NCBI GenBank assembly: GCA_002269645.1
Contig: NIVC01002324.1
Span: 43,222-107,221 of the forward strand
Direction of reading: 5' to 3'
Origin: Macrostomum lignano
Lineage: Eukaryota
Length of the DNA: 64,000 nucleotides
The notes beneath the pieces were generated by a model. It searched no databases, was not told where the DNA came from, and saw only the letters and a list, made by a program, of their open reading frames with translations. The position numbers were made by a program, and so were the translations under genes. Each line of letters begins with the position of its first letter. Position 1 is the first letter of the stretch. Of the stretch, positions 22,625-33,054 are shown piece after piece.

Positions 22625-22890
22625 CAGGGCACACCGCCGGGGAAACGGAGTAAAGTTCTCAAGAGGGCGGTGTCAGATATCAGTTTTTTCAGCGCGAGCT
22701 CTCTGAGAAGGTGGCAACAGCCGGTGGCGTCCCAGCTGAGGCAGTATAGTCGAAACCTTTTTGACCGACAACGCCGAAAGGTGGACGCAGCACACTCGGC
22801 CCTGCAGTGAGCAGTTTTCAGCATCAGCTACCCGGAGCCGTCTCCAACGCAGCCCTCTACAAGCGCGCAGGACTGCGACCACCTAGCGGG
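22625..22890 (+). mobile_element. Degenerate RTE-clade LINE fragment
   Basis: Broken frames give VDAAHSAL...AVFSISYPE.VSNAALYKRAGLRP, the region just upstream of the RRL.LAGH motif in RTE ORF2. Homologous to 25780-26200. Confidence 0.65.
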
Positions 22891-23658
22891 TCCACCGCCT
22901 TAGAATACAGTTGTGTTCACTACACAGATTTGCTTTTTGTTCATAGTGCGTTAAAAGGGATTTCAGCATGGACATATTCGATACAGAATTCGGCCGAGGA
23001 AAGACACTACAGGGACAGGAACAGCCAAAATTTTACAGGAACTTCGATTGCTTTCTTGCCGGTCTCTGGGAGAATTTCATGCAATACTAGACTTGATAAA
23101 CTTGTGTGTGCAACTCGGATAAAACGCTACATTTTGCAGCGATTTGCACGCATTTAGACTACTTTTAAGTAGTCCACCGAGTTCACAGTGAGCCTTAACA
23201 TGCAGTTAATCGCATCTTGGCTTAGAACGAACTCAACTTCAAACGACGAGTTTTTTGGAAATTTGTAGATAAGCAGGGAGCTCTTTAATATTGAACTGTA
23301 AACTTACAGTTTCGATACGCAGTCTATTTATTTCAGATGTTAAAAGACAGAAATATTTGAAATATTTGTTAGTACTTGTAAACTGGTAAAGATCGCCTTG
23401 AGCGTCTTGCTTAACTTGAAATCTGAGATCCGTGAGTAAAAATGGATTGAGCAATTGGAGCTGGTTGAAAGAAAGAGAATTACACGTGTTAAGCGGTCAA
23501 TATAGTTGTCTAGTTAGAAAGATAGACAGTTCAATGGAAAATTTGTGGTGGGTAAAGCTGATAACAAAATCAATATGCTAAGTAATTAGTCAGAGTTCAT
23601 CAAGATGTTAAGTAGAGTTTCTTTCTGTGTTGATTTCTTCGGGCCGTTAATCCAATTT

Positions 23659-24105
23659 TTAGCCATAGTACCTGCGCCTGTAGTACCTGCGCCTGTAGTA
23701 CCTACGCCTGTAGTACCTCCGCCTGTAGTAGCGCCTGGACCTGTAGTATCTGCGCCTGTAGTAGCGCCTGTAGCGCCTGTAGTGGCGCCTATAGTAGCGC
23801 CTGGCCCTGTAGTATCTGCGCCTGTAGTAGCGCCTGTAGTAGCGCCTGAGAGCTCGCCTGTAGCGCCTGTAGTAGCGCCGTCTCCGGAATCGGTACTTCT
23901 GCTCGACAGGGCTCACCTCACTTGATTCAGACTCGAGAGCGTCGCTGCTGGGCGACTCCAGCTCCATCAGGGCGTTTTCGAGGGCTTCGGGCTCGTCGGA
24001 CTCGGCCTCGACATCCGCAGGCTTCGCCGGCTGCTCCTCGGCAGCCACGCAGAAGACCGCCAGGCCGAGCACCAGAAGGCTCAGGCACAGCAGCTGCAGC
24101 TTCAT
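23659..24105 (-). CDS. Secreted pre-pro cationic peptide 5 (148 aa; 78-aa RRRYY-repeat C-terminal peptide)
   Basis: MKLQLLCLSLLVLGLAVFCVAA signal, acidic pro ending VEQK, then a 78-aa region with 43 R and 28 Y (manual count) ending RRRYYG*. TATAAG on minus strand at 24197-24202; AAAACGTG at 24223-24230. Confidence 0.9.
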   Translation of the reverse strand: MKLQLLCLSLLVLGLAVFCVAAEEQPAKPADVEAESDEPEALENALMELESPSSDALESESSEVSPVEQKYRFRRRRYYRRYRRALRRYYRRYYRRRYYRARRYYRRHYRRYRRYYRRRYYRSRRYYRRRYYRRRYYRRRYYRRRYYG

Positions 24106-24196
24106 CGTGTTGCAGATGCTGCGAAAATTTGCTTTCAAAAAAGATACCAGGTATCAAAAAGATTGCTGCCCTATTCGCGGAGAAATTCATCGCTTA

Positions 24197-24254
24197 CTTA
24201 TAGAAAACCGGTTCGGTCAATTCACGTTTTCTGGTTGATCAGCAGCGCCACGTG
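24197..24254 (-). promoter_or_regulatory. TATA-like box, AAAACGTG motif and CACGTG E-box of peptide gene 5
   Basis: TATAAG at 24197-24202 (97 nt from the ATG), AAAACGTG at 24223-24230, CACGTG at 24249-24254. Confidence 0.6.
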
Positions 24255-25779
24255 CGCAAACACGGCGGCTCATTTGCTAGCGAGCTTGAGACCCATCAGC
24301 GAGTGAAGAATTCAATGGAACGCCTCTGTCTCTGAGAGTCTGTGTGCGGTCTGACCTGCGTGTGTTTGCATAAAAATGCAAACGAATTTTACCAATAGAC
24401 TTTTTCGCACCGTCGGGCGGATTTCTGCTCGGATAGATGGAGCTAATCATCTGGCTCATTGAATGCACCGAGCCGCAGTGAGCTTGCTGGATGCTAAATT
24501 TATTTTAGCATCAACCGAAAATGTCAGCGCTTGTTTGCACAAGCTCCAACCCGAACTCTGGGCTAAAATAATAAGGTCGGTCACGCACAACGGGTGCGGT
24601 TTTTAATGATGCGTGCCACGTTTTCTGCTTTCGGCAAACAAGCAGACTGCAATCTGCGCCCAAGTTAATCGCCAAGAATTTGCATGAAGGCTTGGATTGT
24701 CCAAAGAGCCCAAAGCAGATCTCCGGACCTTAACTAGTCTGACCTTTTGGACTAGAAAGGTCGAGACATTCCAACATCATGTCTCTACATGTAGCCGATT
24801 CCTCGACTCTCTTCGACAATAGTTCGAATTATGGCTGTAGATAGCTGGGATGTCTTCCATTTTAGCACTAACTTGACAATATTTCACTACTCAAAATTTC
24901 AAAATGGAGCAACTATCACTACGAGCGTATTGTGCTTTGCACAAGGCTGATCGCAAGTTTCTAGAAATGAAATTTGAAATTATGCTGCGAGTACAGTGGA
25001 CTGGTAAGACGCAAAATACAATACCTAGGCCTATTAGTGTTTTCAAAAAGAATTTCGCTATTTTTCTGAAAAAATAGGTTATAATAACTGAAAAAATGAT
25101 TCCGTAGTCTTCGGAAGCATTTCTCAGAAAATAGCTTGATAAACTTGGGAATCAACCTCTTAGATCTCTGACAAAAGACTCTTAAAATGAATATTTGAGT
25201 TCAAAAAGAGAGATATTCAATGCTTGGTGTAAACTTGGTGTAAAACATTGAAAAAAGTTTTAATAACGGCAGCGAAAATCGCATGATTCAATGTCTGCAG
25301 CATTTTGCCACGTCAGTTGTCCACGATTTGTTTTGGACGACTGGCCCGACTACTGACCAAGTCTCTGTTTAAATTTGTTTATCCCAGGCACCTAAACGAA
25401 CGGGAGTTTGAAATTAAAAATATCGGGTCGAGCATTTGCAGGCCTACGCGTCAGACTTAAATGACAGCGGAGCAGCTGTTCCAGCAGAATATTTGCAGAC
25501 GTGCTTTCGTCAACACTGCTTTTATCTATTGCATTTCTCGCAGTCCAATCAATTTAAATGGATTTTAATTCATCCGGGGACTCAAGCGATTTAAGGATTA
25601 TAAACTGATTTCCTGAAAACATTTTGCTGACGAATATTAGAAAGCAGGACTGATTTGAAAGCATTAGCATTGGGGATGTCCTGCAGTCCTCAGTCTGCCC
25701 TGCCTTAATCCTCCTTCGCCTAGCCTACATGCAAATGCATTCGATCGTTCTTTAATTCTCTTTCCACATCATTCTGCTT

Positions 25780-26200
25780 TGTGCCAGATTCAACGGCAGC
25801 GCACGCTGTGACCACGGCTTAGTCGCACAGTCTCTGATAAAAGCAACACCGTCGGCTTGGTCAGGCGACTTGGCGTCTTCTGTCAAACAGTCGACGAACC
25901 TCCGGGTCCGCGCCTGCCCCCGCCGGAGAGGGACCCGCTGTGTCCACAGTAGGACCTCCTGCAGCGGTTCCGGGCAGTATGAATTGGCGGGAATGACGTG
26001 ACCCGCCAGCTGCAGGCGTCGCTGTGATAGGGGGCCTGGTTGGTGACGTGTTCGGTGTGACGGTGGATGTTGAAGGCAGCGCGTATCAGGCTGGAGTGCA
26101 CCGCGTCCAGTTGTGGCAAGCACAGTTTCTATCACCCGTTTCGATTGCGATAATTCCAAGGCCACTGTACACCCTGTGTGAGTGTGTGCAACTTTTACGG
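25780..26200 (-). mobile_element. RTE-clade LINE 3' fragment
   Basis: QLDAVHSSLIRAAFNI..EHVTNQ and RRLQLAGHVIPANSYCPEPLQEVLLWT...RRGQARTRRFVDCLTEDA: the RTE ORF2 C-terminal RRL.LAGH and RGR/RGQ motifs, frameshifted. Confidence 0.75.
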
Positions 26201-26836
26201 CGAAATAAAGTTGTTTAGTCACGGTTCGACATCTTAGTTATAAACGATCTTTTATAGTTTGTCTCTGAGCGAATCAATCAGAGAAACTTGAAGACACATC
26301 GTGCTAATAGAGCACAAAGGGTTTAGACAGGTACAAAGGATTAGGGACACTCGCAACTTGGCTGCAGAAGAAACTTGATCTTGGCCACGATGCAGGGCAG
26401 CGTGTAATCAGACATTGAGCAAAGCTGCAAGAGCCTTCTAGATCAATTAGCCAGGAACAAAGCTATGCTGAAGCTCTTTTAAATTCACCTTTCAGTGATC
26501 TGCAAACAACAAAAAACCGAACCAAAAGTTGAGTTAACTGCCCGATCATGTGGAGTATATTTTAGGATCTGATTTTTCGTACTGTCCGACGAGAAAACCC
26601 AAAGTAGACATGAGCCGATGCAAGGAACAAAACTAATGTTTTGGATTTAAATCTAAAATCTATAGCAAGGTACTAGTCAGGAACACTAAACGATTATTGC
26701 ATCAAGTGCTAACACGGACAACAGTCTGGTGGAGTATATTTTTGTCAACGAAAACGTTTCTTTATAAAATCAGGTAAAATCGTTTTCCTTCCATTATTAA
26801 GCTTCAGGTGAAGCCATCAGGCCCAGCAAGCATCTC

Positions 26837-27853
26837 TCAAGGCTGAGCGGCGGCGGCGGCGGCATTCGATCTGCTGTCGGGTTCATCCAATGACGGATGC
26901 ACCGCCGACGACTTAAAGACGCACAGGGCGCGCCGAGCGATTTTGGAGTAGCTGCGACGGAACTGCGGATTCAACAGGCCGTAGATGATCGGGTTCAGGG
27001 TTGAGTTGAACGCCGCAAGCCAGATGATCAGCTTGTGCGGAATCCTGCCCACGGGAGCTACAAACCTGTCGATGTACACGTGGATGCTGTAGGGACCCCA
27101 GCACAGGTTGAACACAATGAAGGCGGTCAGCACTGGGACCAGAGCCTTCCACTCCTTGCTGAAACTGGTTGCATCAGTTTGCAGCGAAGCCTCGGCTTCC
27201 TTGCGAATACGGAACAGTTTGAAAAACAGACTGATGTAGCAGCCAGCAGCAAGAAGCGATGGAAACGCTACGCCCAGCAAGGTCAACAAGAAGCTCAACG
27301 CGAAGAACGACTCGTCGTCGTAATAGAAACAGATGTACACTTCCCGGATGTAGCCAAAGCCTTTTAAACCCCAGAAGAGTCCGCTAACAGAAAGCCAGAC
27401 CAGCCAGCAGGCCAAGCAGTAGCCAATCACCCTAGCGTTGGTGAAGTACCTCTGGTACACGACTTTGTGCAGAACGCACAGGTTCCGAGCAACGGCAATC
27501 AACGTGAAGCTGAAGTTGGACACGCCACTGGCTGAGAACAACAAGAAAGCATTCAGCTGGCAAACACTTTTGTGAAAGATGTTTGTCTCTCCGATTCGAT
27601 TGGCCAGAATGGTTGGCACAAAATAGGAGCACACAAGGAGATCCGCCAGGCCGATGTTCACCACCAGGAAGTTGGTGGCCGACTTCAGCTGTTTGAAGCG
27701 CGTGACAGACAGGATTGTGAGCAAGTTTCCGCAGACGCCAACTGTGATTACAAGCACTAGAAAAAACACGTCCAGGGCCAGGGGAGTGGGGTCTCTGTCC
27801 TCGTCCTCGAGACCGTCCAGTGGTAAAGAAGTGCTGTTACTTGAGTTGCTCAT
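26837..27853 (-). CDS. Single-exon class A (rhodopsin-like) GPCR, melatonin-receptor/Tre1/Moody-like, 338 aa
   Basis: Seven hydrophobic segments with GN (TM1), LADL (TM2), ARN in place of DRY, CWGP (TM6) and NSTLNPIIYGLLNPQFR (NPxxY). No opsin lysine in TM7. Subfamily call is by motif resemblance only. Confidence 0.92.
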   Translation of the reverse strand: MSNSSNSTSLPLDGLEDEDRDPTPLALDVFFLVLVITVGVCGNLLTILSVTRFKQLKSATNFLVVNIGLADLLVCSYFVPTILANRIGETNIFHKSVCQLNAFLLFSASGVSNFSFTLIAVARNLCVLHKVVYQRYFTNARVIGYCLACWLVWLSVSGLFWGLKGFGYIREVYICFYYDDESFFALSFLLTLLGVAFPSLLAAGCYISLFFKLFRIRKEAEASLQTDATSFSKEWKALVPVLTAFIVFNLCWGPYSIHVYIDRFVAPVGRIPHKLIIWLAAFNSTLNPIIYGLLNPQFRRSYSKIARRALCVFKSSAVHPSLDEPDSRSNAAAAAAQP

Positions 27854-28489
27854 GGCATGCAGCCGTCAGTTGCCTTGCCAGAACCGGGCCTGTTAATCAG
27901 TCAGTGTGCCGTCTAAAAAAATGCAAAGTCCCATCTACATTATATAATAGACTAGCCAATCCCAGTGGCTGATCAGTGCCCATCCAGTCAGATCGCTAAT
28001 CAACAAACCATGGCTTGATCAGTCAAGCGGACTCGTGACTCTGCAACCGCGCTTGAAGATTTGCTCAAGAAATGCATCATTAGACGCTTGACCAAGAAAA
28101 GTTTCTAGCTCAACTAATATTTCTCATCCTTTTATGTCGAGCCAGATTTGGCTGGGAAAAAGCTATAAAAAATCGAGTTTGTACATGTATTCCATGTGAC
28201 AGTTGCCACAAAATTCATTCAAGTGTATTATAAAGCTGCTCATTTATTAACTGTTTAGTCAGGCTATCGCAGAAGTTAATGCATTCTGAAAATTCATAAC
28301 AAAAGGGGGATGTCATAAAGCCAAGAGGACAGTGGCAGGAGCAGGACAGTATACCACTCTTCCAGACTGTGCAGTCAGACTTGCACTTACAGCGCGGGTG
28401 GCATGGCTGATAAAGTCCGCACTAAAACGTGCATGCATGTGCATTTTTGCACATGTTGTATGCGTAGGTCCTTTACTGTCCATTACTGC

Positions 28490-28738
28490 AATACTGCCCG
28501 TTCCGCCGATTCCCCTGAGCAGGCACGCAAGCGCGCGGATACGTACGCAGTCATACACACACATACACACACAGCGCTGTACCTTGGGGGAGGTGGGTGG
28601 CCCTCAAGGGTGTAAATTGCACGAGCAGAGCCAAGCCGAGATTCTAATTTAGATCCCAAATTATAATGTGGCTACTCTTGGAATTGTGCCTGGGCAGCTG
28701 GCACATCAGAGCAGCATCCTGGACCACTAAGCTTTACC
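28490..28738 (-). mobile_element. tRNA-derived SINE, family 2 (copy 1)
   Basis: A box AGCTTAGTGG and a degenerate B box; body aligns with 35880-36163. Confidence 0.65.
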
Positions 28739-29527
28739 GAAGGCCGAAGGATGCCACGTCAAAGAGTTAGCAAAAGTTGAGCCCTGTTATTCGTCGAGTA
28801 TTTTTACCTGAATAGATTCAATATAACGACGGTTGAATGCGCCAAAGATGCCTCGCAGTTCTGTAATTATAATTGCGACCCCCCCTCGTTTGCATCAAAA
28901 CTGCCGCACTCAATTAAACCTCATAAATAATTATGATTTCACGAGCCTAGGTTTCTGTATTGAGCTAACGAGGTCTTCAATCTTGTTATATTGAATATGA
29001 TTATTAGAGGTGATATAATTAGGGCGTCGAAGAATTTTCACCTCATTCGACTTTGCACCTGTCCTTACGATGCAAAAATGAAAAAAAAACGATTGTGGAA
29101 CTAGTAGTTTCTTATTTTAAAGTACAATATCCACTAAATGTATGACGAGAAGAATACTCGTAAAATAATGCAGAGTGGCATTGCAGAAGTGACTTTACCA
29201 TGGGATTAAAACAGGACAACTGGGATTAACCCGAGCTTGAATCAATAACATGAATCAATAACCGTTAATTATAAATTATTATTAGCCGACAATTATAGCA
29301 TTTTAGATAAATATTCATTAGCATGCAAATTTATTAACTGTCCTACAGATGATAGATGGGTGACCAAGTTAGTCTAATCAGTATGAGCATAAAATCTGAT
29401 TTGTGCGAATCACAGGTCTTAAAACCCCTTGGCCTAGCTAATTCATTTATAATTGCTAGTCGCTATATAGCAATTCTAGCCCGAGGGATTTCTCCAAAAT
29501 TTCCAAAAAGCTAAACGCAATTTGGAT

Positions 29528-29697
29528 TGTCTATGGTCCAGTTGACGCTAAAGTGTTGTTTGTCATGAAAATTATTGTCTATGGTCCAGTTGACGCTAAA
29601 GTTTTGTTTGTCATGAAAATTATTGTCTATGGTCCAGTTGACGCTAAAGTGTTGTTTGTCATGAAAATTATTGTCTATGGTCCAGTTGACGCTAAAC
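29528..29697. repeat. 57-bp tandem repeat x3
   Basis: Directly visible. Confidence 0.9.
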
Positions 29698-30254
29698 ACT
29701 ATATCCGTGTATCCCTAGCCGATAAACTTGCCGGAAAAAAAGAATAATTGACTTGGAAGAAAACAATAAAAGCATGTTATTGTCAAAGTCATTGAGATGT
29801 CGATTTTTGTGGACCTGAATTGAGTGGGTTTCATTCTTAGAACTTCAGGTGGACTCGCATCTCATTAGCAGACCTTCCAATAGAATTGGAATTTATAAGG
29901 CCATAATACCCGATAATGATTTTGATGTTCTAACTCTTGACTTTCCCTTATCAAAAAGCAATTTTATCTTCTACACAGAATTTACAATTAAAAGCATTTC
30001 TTCTATATAACCAATCCTAACTAAAATGCTAGGTTATAATACCAAGCCTTTGCAAAGTGACCCAATCTATATCATAATATGTGGTGCTCTCTGGCTTCAC
30101 CTTCTCGTCCAGAAGCACAGAAAACGATCCCTTAAAAGCCAATTCATGACCGTTTCCCGTGTCAATGTCTGAATGGTCCTAAAAGGATACACTTAGATAG
30201 AGTCCATACGCTCGTACAATCTTGAAGGCTCAATTCACTCTCCCGGTACGGCCT

Positions 30255-30949
30255 ATCTTATTCACCCCAAGGGCCAGATAAGGAAACCAGCTCATAGCTG
30301 CGACGAGCTATATGAGAGAGGAAAGGAGAGAGAATGCGAGCTTGTAGAAAATGAGAGAAGACGAGAGCAGAGGCAAGAGATGGTATGAGAGAAAGGGCAG
30401 AAGATAAGAGTAGAGAAGAAGGCGCAGAAGAGAGGGGAGAGGGGGAGAAGAGAGGGTGAGAAAGGAGAGGAGAGAGGAGAGAGGGTGAGAAGAGAGGGGG
30501 AGAGGAGAGGAGAGAGGAGAGAGGGGGAGAAGAGAGGGGAGGGGGAGAGAGGAGAGGAGAGAGGAGAGAGGAGAGAGGGGGAGAAGAGAGGGAGGGGGAG
30601 AGGAGAGGAGAGAGGGGAGAGAGGGAGGGGGGAGAGGAGAGGAGAGAGGGGGGAGAGAGGGAGGGGGGAGAGAGGAGAGGAGAGAGGGGGAGAAGAGAGG
30701 GAGGGGGAGAGGAGAGGAGAGAGGGGGAGAGAGGGAGGGGGGAGAGGAGAGGAGAGAGGGGGGGAGAGAGGGAGGGGGAGAGAGGAGAGGAGAGAGGGGG
30801 AGAAGAGAGGGAGGGGGGAGAGGAGAGAGGAGAAAAACATGAACATTGAGCGGGCCGAATTGCTATTGCAAAGTTTCAAAGGACCCGAAGGTCGGATAGA
30901 GAGGCTTAGTGGGCCGCATGTGGCCCGCGGGCCGGAGTCGCTGACCCTG
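30255..30949. mobile_element. Possible hAT-like MITE enclosing a GA-rich tract (30350-30835)
   Basis: Right end GGGCCGCATGTGGCCCGCGGGCCG...CCCTG and left CACCCCAAGGGCCAGAT resemble hAT-MITE subterminal motifs. No TSD established. Confidence 0.4.
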
Positions 30950-31669
30950 TCTTAAAAGAACAACAAGAACACAAGAACACATTTTTAAATGAAACATGAC
31001 AGAAAAAAACATTCGATGACAACTCTCTCTGTCTGTAACTATTTCTTCGGGTTTATATTGTTGTTTAGTACGCAAAGTAAAAATTTCGGAGCAATATCTA
31101 CACAAACTTCATTGATGCATAGCTTTTCATAAACACAATAAGGGCGATAGCTAGCTAATAACAAAATAAAGAGAGGATTAGAAAACACGTGCTTATCTTT
31201 AACGCTGAGACGACATCGAATGAGCTCAGTAAGTGAATTAATTGACAGCTTAATAATGCAAAGACGAAGCATTTCTATAATTTCTAAATATAGCTGCTTT
31301 AGACAAATTTGAGAACGGATCGTTCTGCTTCCAGCAAAATCGATTGCGTAGTATATTTATCAATCACAACAAACTACAAACAGAGTGAGTCTAGGCTGAA
31401 ACTTGATTAAGTGATTAAGGGGAAATAACGGCAGCAAACTTATTGCATGATGAGCCTTTGGTAATTAATAGTAAAACTGAGATATTACATTGCAAAATAT
31501 GCCAACAAAATTCAGCTTTCATTACTAGGAGTTTAGCGAACAGGTAATGAGAAGCAATAGACAACAAGAAAACATAAGCAAGAAAGGTGTTACTCAGGTT
31601 TTAAATGTTACTACATCAAATTGCCAGATAACTCATGACCTCATGAGACTCAGACCTGTGATGCTGGGA

Positions 31670-32060
31670 TCAGGGATGCAGATCTGTGATTGTATCAGGG
31701 GTGCAGATCTGTGATTGGATCAGGGATGCAGATCTCTGATTGGATCAGGGGTGCAAATCTGTGATTGGATCAGGGGTGCAGATCTCTGATTGGATCAGGG
31801 GTGCAGATCTGTGATTGGATCAGGGGTGCAGATCTCTGATTGGATCAGGGGTGCAGATCTGTGATTGGATCAGGGGTGCAGATCTCTGATTGGATCAGGG
31901 ATGCAGATCTCTGATTGGATCAGGGGTGCAGATCTGTGATTGGATCAGGGGTGCAGATCTGTGATTGGATCAGGGGTGCAGATCTGTGATTGGATCAGGG
32001 ATTCAGATCTCTGATTGGATCAGGGATGCAGATCCGTGATTGGATCAGGGATGGAGATAT
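31670..32060. repeat. 25-bp minisatellite GATCAGGGGTGCAGATCTGTGATTG
   Basis: Directly visible. Confidence 0.9.
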
Positions 32061-32508
32061 GCGATTAGGATCAGACATACTTGATCCTGCAGGTGTCGAT
32101 GTGATCAGAACTTCTAGTCACACCTGTTAAATTAAACAAAAAGTAACTAAAACAACAAAAATTAAACTTCAGAAAAGCATGTCCCAACAGTGCTACTGAT
32201 ACGTGTAGCTGATAAGTAGTCGAATTAGCCAAAAGCAAATATTTTTACAACATACGGTGCAAAAATTACACAAATAGTAATCGTACACACTCGTAGAAAC
32301 GGTAACAAAAATAAATCGAATTTGCCTGTACAGAGAACGAATACAACAATAGAAAATGAGACAAGAAACCCAACTATTTTTGTATAGTTTGAATTCATAA
32401 TTCATGCCTGAACTAAAAACACACAGAAACAAAATTTACGCGGGCAAAAATTGCTTGTTTTTCTAAGAAATTCATACACGGGCTCTTTTATGCTAGAAAT
32501 CTCATTTT

Positions 32509-32928
32509 TCAGCCCCTGAATGCGGCAGCGGCGGCAGCGGTCGACACGAAGTCGCCGCCGAAATCTTGCAAGTCGTCGCGCGGCGGAACGCAGGCCGCCG
32601 CCGGCAGGCCGCTAAAGTCGCCATCGTCGTCGTAGTCGAAGTAAGCCTCGTCGAAGGCGCCCGGCCGGCCGCCGCCGCCGCCACCGTTCATGATGGCCCT
32701 GGCGCAGCAGGACAGGAACACGATTCGTTTCAGCTTCTTGTTGAAGAACATGTAGTTGAAGGACCACAGCACCCCGCCGGAGCAGTAGGGGTCCGAGACA
32801 TTGTCCGGGTTGTAGCTGTAGATGTCGCAGTCGGACAGGCTGATTTCGTCGTCCAAGGTGTGCCAGAAGGCGGCCCGGAAACCGGCGTAGCTGGGCACGC
32901 AGCGGCCCAGGCGGTCGTCCACGTCGGC
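32509..32928 (-). CDS. MAF1: MAF1 (RNA Pol III repressor), exon 3
   Basis: Acceptor ccaag|[11 protein letters not shown]...[22 protein letters not shown]...[21 protein letters not shown] is the Maf1 C-box; acidic tail; stop at 32509. Confidence 0.93.
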   Translation of the reverse strand, partial: ADVDDRLGRCVPSYAGFRAAFWHTLDDEISLSDCDIYSYNPDNVSDPYCSGGVLWSFNYMFFNKKLKRIVFLSCCARAIMNGGGGGGRPGAFDEAYFDYDDDGDFSGLPAAACVPPRDDLQDFGGDFVSTAAAAAAFRG

Positions 32929-33054
32929 CTTGGGGAGGTGGGGAAGGGGCAGCGGCAGGTTGAGGATCTGGGGTGACAGGCGCAATGGTAATGGGATTTA
33001 ACATGAATTTAACAACAACATCAAGAAATTAATGCGATTTTCACACAAATTGGA

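Noticed and set aside
23659-23895. Protamine / sperm nuclear basic protein interpretation of the Arg-rich peptides
   Set aside because: All members have hydrophobic N-terminal signal peptides and a terminal amidation Gly, which is incompatible with nuclear protamines.
3294-23925. Antisense ORFs (PAEEAP..., VIAPA..., VVAP... at 3294, 14059, 23605)
   Set aside because: Shadow frames of the repetitive Arg/Tyr codons on the opposite strand; no independent support.
601-24105. Classical neuropeptide precursors
   Set aside because: No repeated peptide units flanked by G-KR/G-RR; there is one long cationic block and a single terminal Gly.
26837-27853. Opsin
   Set aside because: No Lys at the retinal-binding position of TM7 (WLAAFNSTLNP).
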